The notes under the pieces were generated by a model. The model was not told the origin of the DNA and made no database searches. It saw nothing but the letters and a program-made list of their open reading frames with translations. Positions 17,201 to 25,036 of a stretch of DNA of 64,000 nucleotides are shown here, piece after piece. A program made the position numbers and the translations under genes. Source of the stretch: Candidatus Omnitrophota bacterium (GTDB lineage: Bacteria > Omnitrophota > Gorgyraeia > JABMRN01 > RBG-13-46-9); contig JBDRHE010000069.1 of the NCBI GenBank assembly GCA_043817155.1, forward strand, positions 3,244-67,243. Direction: 5' to 3'. Each line of letters begins with the position of its first letter. The stretch's first letter is position 1.

Positions 17201-17398
17201 CGCGTTCGTATATGTCAGGATCAGTATATTCTCACCCGGCACGTCTCTCTTTTGCATGATGGACGCCGTCCTTAGCGACAAGAGTTGTGTCTTTCCGGTA
17301 CCGGGCCCCGCCATAACGAGTAACGGGCCATCCAGCTCCATAACCGCAATATTCTGTTCCTTGTTTAGCTTTAAAGCTTGTGTCATATCGATGATCAA
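14234..17398 (-). CDS. UvrD/PcrA-like SF1 helicase fused to a C-terminal PD-(D/E)XK nuclease (AddA/AdnB-like)
   Basis: AGPGTGKT, VDEFQD, VGDDDQSIYRFQGA, NYRS, TAHASKGLEF, RLFYVASSRA; nuclease GKFDKI...IDYKTG...QLVAY; Cys in NYLKC and CNNCTYDSIC. Confidence 0.92.
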   Translation of the reverse strand: MIIDMTQALKLNKEQNIAVMELDGPLLVMAGPGTGKTQLLSLRTASIMQKRDVPGENILILTYTNAGAKSIKERLAKIVGFEGYKIAAETFHGFANSIILDSEEATEHLRERIQISALEKVKCFEYIVDHFTDEIKELRPFGYPYLYIKEIAKRISDLKNEGILPDEFNSALESVKPDGIHVEKKHIARLRELAFIYKKYEELKTGTDENVFDERGRYDFDDMIMIAVNILQKESALRLAAREKYKYIMVDEFQDTNGAQLKLLFLLCDEKRPNLCCVGDDDQSIYRFQGASVANFKILKERFPDIRVVKLKNNYRSTREIIDVSSRIIKSIPDKERMDPAKFLVPQEHSPVSGSERLSGQKRIEFTKLSTEDEEVIYITSMIDEVKRSIEKSQRSGSEEKAKPYNQIAVFARKRSQILKIIDSFLGKGIPYATDGKEDISHQKRVKQMIDVLELARTKVDDVSEKDLALYRVLSCDFFSIPQRTILKFINYVNAEKRKRSTNIFSEFITAFRIDDLSARPTPPQTRKLGIVKELSLDNADRMHSASWAIQRALRDADTRPVHDLLMGFVEDAGLYKFIMKTYEESRILMTRDLRALTSFINMVKNMSLSRPDLTLTGFLEELETMRTHKMPLEGELVTATQDGVRIITAHASKGLEFHSCFIPFCVQDKSWPLKHLAERIPLPPSVVKTKESVKSKQELARLSFFDETRLFYVASSRARRDLFFTASPTENTIVSSYLNDLKGPVEKKAADEIETLKHFFKKGEKEDPFKSSKEVLRDLVKNFTLTPTKLNNYLKCKRRFLYDNLLLLPGRKKQSLVFGNCTHKALEDTYRIYKKERRFPDFSLFSESFTRELRLQGVNKAIEKACLAKLNDLSGWFKERKKRPVLPIDLEKKKIITLKGGIVFTGKFDKIEFEDEKKGHIRVIDYKTGKPDAHLKRLAGEHDLMSEECDDYLRQLVAYKMLYERDTYERTKYIVTHGVLVFLEQTKSAVLKYNIRKGEYVDKKVEITGEMTAELEGVISRTWKKISDLEFEKLPERDYKKCNNCTYDSICWE

Positions 17399-18126
17399 TG
17401 TGTTTCGATGCGTTCAAAATCGAATATAAATCTGTCGCTATTAAGTTTAAAGACAGAGCTATCCTGCCCGTTCGCTACGTCCATAGAGTAGCTGAGCCAC
17501 CCCCCGGACTCCTCTCTTAATATCGCGCCTATATTATCCGGGAACTTCGCGGCGATCTCGGGAGAAAAATATACCTTGAGCTTTACATCAAAGTCCCCTG
17601 TTTCTGCTATGGTGCCGCTGGCGCGCAGTTTGACATTATCTGAATGAGCCTCAAAACTCTTAAAATGGACACTGCCTTCATGCAGGACCATCTCCATAAA
17701 TACTTCGCTGTAGACTATCGACTGAAGCTCATTAAAAAGAGCCATTATATTGCCCTGGAATAACGCAAAAAGATCATCTGCTCCGGCAGCCTTCTTCTCA
17801 AGACCCACAACGCTCGCGTTCTTTAAGACACATTTAAGCGCTATGGTCTTGTCCTTGATCAGCCTATCAAAGCTCGGCACTATTAAGGCTGTTTGGCACT
17901 CGATCGCCGCGTCAAAGTCTTCCGGTCTAAAGATCGGGCTCTTAAGCCTGAGAGACCTCAGCATAAAACACGATATAAAACCTGCATGGTTCTTGTAAGA
18001 TATGTCTATGCGCAATTCCCTTCCCAGGTAGAACAAAAAAACGTCTCCTGCCCGCAACAAGCCAAAGCAGACAGAGAGAGCGAGCATCACACCAACTGCT
18101 ACTTTGACTGACTTTGATCTATTCAT
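17395..18126 (-). CDS. Hypothetical membrane-anchored protein
   Basis: 243 aa ORF with N-terminal TM or signal, coupled to the helicase gene. Confidence 0.65.
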   Translation of the reverse strand: MNRSKSVKVAVGVMLALSVCFGLLRAGDVFLFYLGRELRIDISYKNHAGFISCFMLRSLRLKSPIFRPEDFDAAIECQTALIVPSFDRLIKDKTIALKCVLKNASVVGLEKKAAGADDLFALFQGNIMALFNELQSIVYSEVFMEMVLHEGSVHFKSFEAHSDNVKLRASGTIAETGDFDVKLKVYFSPEIAAKFPDNIGAILREESGGWLSYSMDVANGQDSSVFKLNSDRFIFDFERIETH

Positions 18127-18146
18127 ACAGGAGACCTCTTGGTATC

Positions 18147-19670
18147 CTACTTCGTTCTAAAGTGTTCTTTGTTAAGCAACTTTGTCATATCGCGCCTGGC
18201 CATAACTTTTAAGAAGACATCGACCACTTTGGGATCGAACTGTCTACCGGAATTCTTCCTTACCTCTTCACTAGCCTTCTTTATGGTAAGCGGTACGCGG
18301 TAAGGTCGCCTCGTTATCATAGCCTCGAAGGCCGCCACAACAGCCATTATGCGCGCTCCAAGCGGTATCTCTGCGCCTTTAAGGCCTTTGGGATAGCCGG
18401 TACCGTTAAAGTTCTCATGATGGTACATTATGATCGGCGTTATAGCCTTAAGAGACTTTAAGGATTTTATTATCTTTGCGCCTTTCAGAGGGTGCTCTTT
18501 TATCAATTTATACTCTTCGCTTGTCAGCCTCCCCTTCTTCTTAAGGAGCCGTTCCGGCACCAGAAGTTCACCGGCATCATGTAGCATCGTCGCGTACTGG
18601 AGCCTTGTAAGATCGAGCTCCCTCATTCCCATTTCCTGACCCATAAGGTGCGCCATCCTCAGGAAACATGTCTTTGGCGAACAGATGCCGAAACTCCTGC
18701 TCTCCAGTATATGCGCCAGAGCCTTAATGCTACCCATTGTCATCTGCTCCTGGGCCTTATATAGCTGAGCATTCTTTATGGCAATAGCTGCTTGCTCGCC
18801 CAGTGTGCGCATTATCTCCTCGTCAAAATTGTCGAACGGTTTTTTGTCGATCTTGTCATAAAGAGTAATAACGCCTATGACATTCTCGTCTATGAGCGGC
18901 GTAGCGAGATATTTATCACTCCTTATGGATCTGCCGTACTTTACAGCTTTCCCGGGCGCCCACCTCCCGATCTTAACCTTCTTCAATTTTGTGTCTTTTG
19001 TTCTGACATCGACCGTGGCTTTCGGCAGAAGCGTCTTCTTCTTCGAGTCTACCAGTTTTATCGAACACCTGTTCGTCTTTATGACCTGCATGCAAAGCCT
19101 TGCAAGCCGCGAAAGGAGTTCATCGAGATGAATCGTTGAAGTAATAAGCCGGTGTATGGTATGCACCGTTGAGAGCGCTATTGCGCGCGGCTTTATAGTC
19201 TTGTAAAGATCGTCCATCTCAACCTCTTTTTTTATCCCCGACAGTATCGTCCTTATAAAGCATTCGAAGAGGCTGATAATAGACGCGCTGGGTTCATCGT
19301 CGATATGATATGCGATAATATATCCGAATACCTCTTCGTCATCGATAAGGAGCTGGCAAAAACCGAATCCGCTTAAGGGCGAATTGAAAAGTTCTATCTT
19401 TCCGGATCTTGTCGCCCTCTTTACGGCGCCCCTTATCGTTTCAGTGAACGAGGCGTTAATCATCGGCTCGTCAGTTTTAGATGGCTTCAGGATCAGGCCC
19501 GACAGCTTCCTGGCGTTCCAGACGGCTCCCTTTTCAAGAACAAGCATTTTAAAATCACCGAAGAACTCCGAAAATATGTTTTCGGTCTTCTTGATCTCGG
19601 GATTCTCGGACAAACGTTCAAAGATCATTTTGTACTTTTCGTTATTTAATTCCCTAGTATCTGTTTTCAT
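18147..19670 (-). CDS. GAF + HD-GYP domain protein
   Basis: GEQAAIAIKNAQLY GAF helix; LHDAG, HHENFNGTGYPKGLKG, SGRQFDP. Confidence 0.88.
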   Translation of the reverse strand: MKTDTRELNNEKYKMIFERLSENPEIKKTENIFSEFFGDFKMLVLEKGAVWNARKLSGLILKPSKTDEPMINASFTETIRGAVKRATRSGKIELFNSPLSGFGFCQLLIDDEEVFGYIIAYHIDDEPSASIISLFECFIRTILSGIKKEVEMDDLYKTIKPRAIALSTVHTIHRLITSTIHLDELLSRLARLCMQVIKTNRCSIKLVDSKKKTLLPKATVDVRTKDTKLKKVKIGRWAPGKAVKYGRSIRSDKYLATPLIDENVIGVITLYDKIDKKPFDNFDEEIMRTLGEQAAIAIKNAQLYKAQEQMTMGSIKALAHILESRSFGICSPKTCFLRMAHLMGQEMGMRELDLTRLQYATMLHDAGELLVPERLLKKKGRLTSEEYKLIKEHPLKGAKIIKSLKSLKAITPIIMYHHENFNGTGYPKGLKGAEIPLGARIMAVVAAFEAMITRRPYRVPLTIKKASEEVRKNSGRQFDPKVVDVFLKVMARRDMTKLLNKEHFRTK

Positions 19671-19672
19671 CT

Positions 19673-20827
19673 CTACACCTTTTTATATGGATCGAAAAAT
19701 TTATTATATTCATCAAGCGCGTACCGGTCTGTCATTCCTGCGATATAGTCACAAACAACTCGATACTTATTCTCCGTCTTCAATCTCGCGGATTGAGAAG
19801 ACGGGAGTTGCTCCGGGTTCTCGGCATAGGCCTCAAATAGATCCCTTATGAACCTGTGTGCCTTCTTAGCCATGCGAATAACCCGGTAATTATGATAAAG
19901 ATCATTGACGAGGAATTCTCTTAGGGGCTTCCTGGCATCGGTCATCTCGCCTGTAAAGATTACCAGCCTCTCCGGAAAATTACGGACATCGAGTGGCGTC
20001 TTGATATTGAATTTCGCGATCTTTCTTTCCGTATTCTTTATGAGATCTGTAACCTGCATATTTATCAGCGCGCTGATAGCCTGCGTTCTCAAAAGTTTTC
20101 TCGTGATATTCGGATAGCGGTCCTTCACTATCCTGCACACCCTCTTCCATAGATCTATATCAACGAGACCCTTTTCGCTGATCATGTTGCTGGCCAATCC
20201 GTCATCGAGGTCGTGGTTATCGTAAGCTATTTCGTCTGCGATATCCACCACCTGCACCTCCAGCGACGGCGATCCCTTGATCTCAAAAGGTATATAGGGC
20301 CGCGGTTTATCGAAAGGGGTTGAATGCTTGATAATCCCTTCCCGCACTTCGTAGCTGAGATTGATCCCCGGGAAATTCGGATAGATCTCTTCCAAGATAT
20401 CAACCACCCTTAAACCCTGGGAGTTGTGATCAAAACCGCCGTGCTCCTTCATAAGCTCACCAAGCGAATCCTCTCCCGAATGACCGAACGGCGTATGACC
20501 CAGATCGTGCGCGAGCGCTATGGCTTCTACGAGCTCGCTATTTAATCTAAGAGCCCTCGCTATGGTCTTAGCGATCTGTACTACCTCAAGGGTATGCGTA
20601 AGACGGGTCCTGTAATGATCCCCTTCATGATTGACAAATACCTGGGTCTTGTATTCCAGCCTGCGAAAAGCAGATGAATATATTATCCTGTCCTTATCTC
20701 TATGGTAGGCGGTCCTGTATTCATGCTCCTTCTCTTTGTACACGCGTCCCCCGGTCTCTCCGGACTTCGTAGCGAAAGAGGCAAGCATCGCGTATTCCTG
20801 TTTTTCGCTCTCTTTTCTGGTTAGCAT
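19673..20827 (-). CDS. dgt: Deoxyguanosinetriphosphate triphosphohydrolase
   Basis: AFRRLEYKTQVF, RTRLTHTLEV, HDLGHTPFGH, DYIAGMTD. Confidence 0.93.
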   Translation of the reverse strand: MLTRKESEKQEYAMLASFATKSGETGGRVYKEKEHEYRTAYHRDKDRIIYSSAFRRLEYKTQVFVNHEGDHYRTRLTHTLEVVQIAKTIARALRLNSELVEAIALAHDLGHTPFGHSGEDSLGELMKEHGGFDHNSQGLRVVDILEEIYPNFPGINLSYEVREGIIKHSTPFDKPRPYIPFEIKGSPSLEVQVVDIADEIAYDNHDLDDGLASNMISEKGLVDIDLWKRVCRIVKDRYPNITRKLLRTQAISALINMQVTDLIKNTERKIAKFNIKTPLDVRNFPERLVIFTGEMTDARKPLREFLVNDLYHNYRVIRMAKKAHRFIRDLFEAYAENPEQLPSSQSARLKTENKYRVVCDYIAGMTDRYALDEYNKFFDPYKKV

Positions 20828-20848
20828 CTTTTTAATCACAGACCCGCG

Positions 20849-20919
20849 TAAGTAGCGAGTAGAAAGTAGCAAGTAGCGAGAAAGACTCTCTCTACTCTCT
20901 ACTTGCTACCCGCTACTTA
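20849..20919. repeat. Inverted arrays of 7-mers (AGTAGCR / YGCTACT) forming a long hairpin
   Basis: TAAGTAGCGAGTAGAAAGTAGCAAGTAGCGAG...CTCTCTACTCTCTACTTGCTACCCGCTACTTA. Confidence 0.75.
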
Positions 20920-20936
20920 AAAAAATCTGTGTCCTC

Positions 20937-21040
20937 ATCCCGTGTTCTTGTGCTCCTGTGTCCTTGTGTTCCTGTGCTCCTGTGTTCCTGTGCTCCTGTG
21001 ATCCTGTGCTCCTGTGATCCTGTGCTCTTGTGCTCCTGTG
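20937..21040. repeat. Tandem octamer array, about 13 x HTCCTGTG
   Basis: ctcctgtg / ttcctgtg / atcctgtg units with exact 8-bp period. Confidence 0.9.
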
Positions 21041-21058
21041 ACATAACTCTCAATCTTC

Positions 21059-21529
21059 CTAGCCCTTGAGTAAGTTCCACATGTCATCAAGCGAGTACGC
21101 AATGACCTTAGTACTGGCGATAACCGGCATAAAGTTAGTATCCCCATTCCATCTTGGAACGATATGGGCGTGCACGTGACCAGGGAAACCGGCCCCACCA
21201 ACCTTGCCAAGGTTCATACCGATATTATACCCGTCAGGTTTTAGCGCCTTATCCGACCTACGCTTCATAGCGTTTAGAAGGTCCATGAAATCGGCCAGCT
21301 CCTCCTTCTTTAAAAGTTCAAGGCTCTTAACGTGTCTTTTGGGCGCTACCATTACGTGGCCATTATTATATGGGAATCGATTTAATATACACAGCGCGTG
21401 CGTGCTTCTTCGCAAAACAAGGCTCTTTCTTTCAGAAATCCTGCCGCTCTTATAGCGACAGAATATACAACCTCTCTTCTTCTTAACGGATATATATGCT
21501 TTTCTCCACGGCGCCCAAATGCGGTCCAT
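21059..21529 (-). CDS. HIT family protein (Fhit/Ap4A phosphorylase-like)
   Basis: WAPWR, CIFC, NRFPYNNGH, HVHAHIVPRWNGD. Confidence 0.9.
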   Translation of the reverse strand: MDRIWAPWRKAYISVKKKRGCIFCRYKSGRISERKSLVLRRSTHALCILNRFPYNNGHVMVAPKRHVKSLELLKKEELADFMDLLNAMKRRSDKALKPDGYNIGMNLGKVGGAGFPGHVHAHIVPRWNGDTNFMPVIASTKVIAYSLDDMWNLLKG

Positions 21530-21597
21530 TAATACCTCACTTGATAGAAATACTTAAATCCAAAAGTCAAATGTCAAAATCCAAATAAATTTTCAAG

Positions 21598-22080
21598 CTA
21601 TATTCGAATAATCCTTCCCGTTATCTTCTTCCCTACTTCAATGATCCCGAAACTGGTGAAGGAAGCGAACACCTTATCCGTTGGGCTACCGGGATTAAAA
21701 AGAAGTCTGCCTCCGAATACTAAATTAATTGCAGCATGCGAATGGCCAAAAACGATCGCGTCGACTTTTTTAAATTTCTTTGATACAGTCTCTATTAGAC
21801 AGACGGGCGACCCGTACCCATGAATCAAGCCTATCGTGAATCCACCGATCCTTATTACATCCTTTTCCGGGAGGGCTGCTTTAACATCCGCCATGTCCAT
21901 ATTGCCATGTACCGCGCGGGTCTCCGCAATTTTTTTTAGCTTGTCAACTACGCTCATCTCAACGAGATCACCCGCATGGAGGATCAGATCGACCTTCTCA
22001 AACTCCTTGTAGACGACCCGCGGAAGATCAAGTGCTGCCCTCGATATATGCGTATCTGATAGTACCCCTATTCTCTTCAT
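21598..22080 (-). CDS. YfcE/MJ0936-family metallophosphoesterase
   Basis: SDTH, HAGD, GNMD, FGHSH, NPGS. Confidence 0.9.
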   Translation of the reverse strand: MKRIGVLSDTHISRAALDLPRVVYKEFEKVDLILHAGDLVEMSVVDKLKKIAETRAVHGNMDMADVKAALPEKDVIRIGGFTIGLIHGYGSPVCLIETVSKKFKKVDAIVFGHSHAAINLVFGGRLLFNPGSPTDKVFASFTSFGIIEVGKKITGRIIRI

Positions 22081-22085
22081 CTTAT

Positions 22086-23723
22086 TTATTCGTATGCCAT
22101 ATTATATTTTTTGTATAATTTTAGAAGCTCGTTTACGTTCGCGGGATCCCATACCCACACACTCTTCTCCTTTGCAAGGAGCAGGGCGTTCTCATCTATG
22201 CCCCCGAGCGCTATGTATATCTGCCTGCCTATCTTATCTCGCATATGACGGTATCTTTCGATAAGATCCGCTACGTCGGGCTCCTCGATCTTCTTCATAG
22301 CTATGCAAGATACCCATAGTTTACCGGTCCGCTCCTGTTTCGCGATCAGGTCCTGGCACTGCCCCGGATCTGCGAAATCTACGCTTTCAAAACGGGAAAG
22401 TTTCTTTTGCCTCTTATCTATTTCTACAGTTTCCCCATTGAATGAAGAGAAGAGTTCCTTAACGCGTTCGATCAGGTTCTTTTGACTTTCGAAAAGATAA
22501 CCGTCTATGTCCTTCTTGATCTCCTGCCTGAAATCGTTTGCCTTGTCGAACATGTCGTCAACAAGCGCTGTGCGCCTGGCATGGTATACGGTTCTCAGCC
22601 AGAATTTGAAGACCTTATCCTGTAATTCGTAGAACGATCCGTTCTTATAGACCATGTCGAATTCTTCAAGCTCAACGAGCTTTCCGGTAAACCCGCCCGT
22701 GCTCTTCTTATTTAGCCATCCTGCGATACCTTTTAGTTTGTTGGCGCCGCAGGCCATAGCTATCAGCACGTCCAGGAAGTCTTTCCTCCCGCGCTTTTCC
22801 AGCAGATTCATTATATTATTGGTAAAATACTGGTTGATCGTCCCGCTCGTATTATGCAAAAGCGAAGTGAAGGCCTCTACCATCACGCCCTCGTCCACAT
22901 ATGTAAACTTCTGGGCGTTGGCGATCTCTAAAATCTTTTTCGAGATCACGTCCAGGTAAAATGGTGTCTTGTCCGCAAAATCGATGATGTAATCGGCGTA
23001 TCTTTGCGGCAAGGTTATGTTCTGCATCTTCTCTCTTAAGAAAGCATGAGAAGTCTTCCAGTCGAAGCCGGAGACTTCAACGATCTCGAAATTACCGTAT
23101 AGAAGAGCGAGCTTCTCCGAGAGTATCTTCTTTATCGCGCTCTTCTGTGAGCTGGATACGATATACATAGTATCCTTCTGGATCATTATGATCTTCCCGA
23201 AATGGATGTATGGCTTCTTTATCCTGAAGAATTCAAGGTTGTGAAATTCGTCAAGGATCACTATGCAGGATTTCCCGGTCTCCTTATTTAAGATGGACGT
23301 TAAATTAAGAAGCTCCCTATATGCATAGCTATATTTTCGTTTTGCAAGATCGCTCTTCACCCGCTTTATCGCATATACCGTATGCGGAATGAGCGCTTCT
23401 GATTCTTTAATAAGGGCATTTAGATCCTTATCCACCTTACGGTCGCATGAGACCAGATAGTTATAAAGAAGTGTTGCGATAAACTTGTCCGCAAACAACG
23501 AGAAAGGCTCTTCCATGACCTCGATATATAAAGGCACGAGGCTGGTGTCCTTTAATAAATATAGGAACTGGTAGAGAATAGAGGACTTGCCGGAGAGCAT
23601 CTGGCCGGTAAGCGCCACGTTCTGCCTATAACCGCCCCTTAAAGCATTGACCCTCTTGCCTAAAATGCTTAATACGTCTTTCCTGCCGAAGAATGTACTT
23701 CCAACTGCCGGTTCATTTAACAT
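22086..23723 (-). CDS. Archaeal-type (MJ/PH STAND-like) AAA ATPase with winged helix and C-terminal nuclease-like fold
   Basis: FFGRKD, GQMLSGKSS Walker A, IVILDEFH Walker B, LQDKVFKFW. Confidence 0.75.
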   Translation of the reverse strand: MLNEPAVGSTFFGRKDVLSILGKRVNALRGGYRQNVALTGQMLSGKSSILYQFLYLLKDTSLVPLYIEVMEEPFSLFADKFIATLLYNYLVSCDRKVDKDLNALIKESEALIPHTVYAIKRVKSDLAKRKYSYAYRELLNLTSILNKETGKSCIVILDEFHNLEFFRIKKPYIHFGKIIMIQKDTMYIVSSSQKSAIKKILSEKLALLYGNFEIVEVSGFDWKTSHAFLREKMQNITLPQRYADYIIDFADKTPFYLDVISKKILEIANAQKFTYVDEGVMVEAFTSLLHNTSGTINQYFTNNIMNLLEKRGRKDFLDVLIAMACGANKLKGIAGWLNKKSTGGFTGKLVELEEFDMVYKNGSFYELQDKVFKFWLRTVYHARRTALVDDMFDKANDFRQEIKKDIDGYLFESQKNLIERVKELFSSFNGETVEIDKRQKKLSRFESVDFADPGQCQDLIAKQERTGKLWVSCIAMKKIEEPDVADLIERYRHMRDKIGRQIYIALGGIDENALLLAKEKSVWVWDPANVNELLKLYKKYNMAYE

Positions 23724-23734
23724 AACGTACGTAC

Positions 23735-24397
23735 CTAAGGTAAATAGTAGAACGGGTTCTGGGGCTGGTGGTTCTTCCTTATCTCGAAATGGAGCGTCGG
23801 ATCGTTCGCTCTCCCGCTTCTTCCTACCTTTGCCACAACTTCACCCTGTCCCACATTTTGGTTCATCTGTACCAGGTTCTGCGAATTATGAGCATACACT
23901 GTCTGGTAGCCATCTTGATGGTCTATTATAATTGTCTTACCGTAACCCTTCAAACGATCATCGGCAAAGGTTACACTGCCGCTCCTGGAAGCAACAACAT
24001 TTGCGCCCTCAGCGCTCTGGATGTCTATGCCCTTGTTCTTGGTCATGTCCTTCATCGAGCCGAAATATGAGACCACTTTGCCGTTTATCGGCCACACAAA
24101 ACTCTCGCTCTTTACAGAACGCGCAGGCTTAGAGACCAAGGCCTTCTCCTTTACTTCGGGAATGAAGATAAGCTGGCCAACCTCAAGCTTGCTGGAATCC
24201 GGCAGATAGTTAGCCTTTATGATACTATCCAGGCTTATGTTGTACATCTTTGAGAGGTTCCACAGAGTCTGCCCCCTGCTCACCTCGTGGTAGAATCCCG
24301 GTACAGCAGGTTTACCAAGATCAACCGTCGGCCTAGGCACCGTCGCGCATCCCACCAAGGGCAATATCAACAACACGCTTAAAATACGTCTTATCAT
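23735..24397 (-). CDS. LysM + M23 peptidase-family lipoprotein (NlpD-like)
   Basis: Lipobox LVGC; HEVSRGQTLW LysM; NKGIDI, YAHN, LHFEIR. Confidence 0.9.
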   Translation of the reverse strand: MIRRILSVLLILPLVGCATVPRPTVDLGKPAVPGFYHEVSRGQTLWNLSKMYNISLDSIIKANYLPDSSKLEVGQLIFIPEVKEKALVSKPARSVKSESFVWPINGKVVSYFGSMKDMTKNKGIDIQSAEGANVVASRSGSVTFADDRLKGYGKTIIIDHQDGYQTVYAHNSQNLVQMNQNVGQGEVVAKVGRSGRANDPTLHFEIRKNHQPQNPFYYLP

Positions 24398-24483
24398 CCC
24401 TAAATTTGTTACTGTCAAGTTAAAATAGTTTAAAGTGTCAATCCGTAACAATTTTGTCGTTCTCAAAGCCACTTCCAGTCACA

Positions 24484-24653
24484 CGTCTTTGCGAGGCACC
24501 GTAAGATTCGAGCGTGCCGAAGCCTGCCTGCCCGAAATATACTGGCAGGCCCGCCTGCCATTTAAAAGCTTTGGCGGGCAGGCAGGCAATCTCATCGAGC
24601 TAGTCTGAGATTGCTTCGGTGCGCTCGCTTTTTTACGGCACCTCGCAAAGACG
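24484..24653. mobile_element. Family A palindromic element carrying insert Y
   Basis: Same arms and same 64-bp Y insert as 9030-9197. Confidence 0.85.
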
Positions 24654-24836
24654 AGTGGAGAAGCGATTACCATGCAGAAATCCTCGCTCACTTTCGGCCG
24701 GTCCTTTCCCTCCGGGCCTACGGCCCGTAGGGCCGGAGGCGGACTTACGGCCTCTTCCGACCGGAGTTTACACGGCGCAAAGCGCCGTGGTCGGCGTTCG
24801 CTCGTTTCGATTCCCTTAAGAATCGAATAATTGCGG

Positions 24837-24907
24837 AGCGGCTAGCGGGAATCGAACCCGCGTAACTAGCTTGGGAAGCTAGCACACTACCATTGTGTTA
24901 TAGCCGC
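24837..24907 (-). tRNA. tRNA-Gly(CCC)
   Basis: GCGGCTA acceptor stem, CTAGC-TTCCCAA-GCTAG anticodon arm, GCGGG-TTCGATT-CCCGC T arm; 3' end reads T-CCG so CCA is not encoded. Confidence 0.95.
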
Positions 24908-24937
24908 ATGCCTCGATCCCGGCGACATCTTAATCCC

Positions 24938-25025
24938 CGTCTTTGCGAGGCACCGAAATATTTGGAACATATGTACGGCACCTCGGCCTGTTAGATATTC
25001 ATATCTAACAGGCCTCGCAAAGACG
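24938..25025. mobile_element. Internally deleted family A element with insert V
   Basis: CGTCTTTGCGAGGCACCG...CGGCAC-CTCG[V]CTCG-CAAAGACG. Confidence 0.8.
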
Positions 25026-25036
25026 AGTGGTAGCTG

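Noticed and set aside
20935-21210. 91-aa ORF with a TGAQEHR repeat tail
   Set aside because: Overlaps the HIT gene in another frame and merely translates the octamer array
24484-25025. Genomic island or prophage integrated at tRNA-Gly
   Set aside because: No integrase, no direct repeat of the tRNA 3' end noticed, and flanking genes are housekeeping
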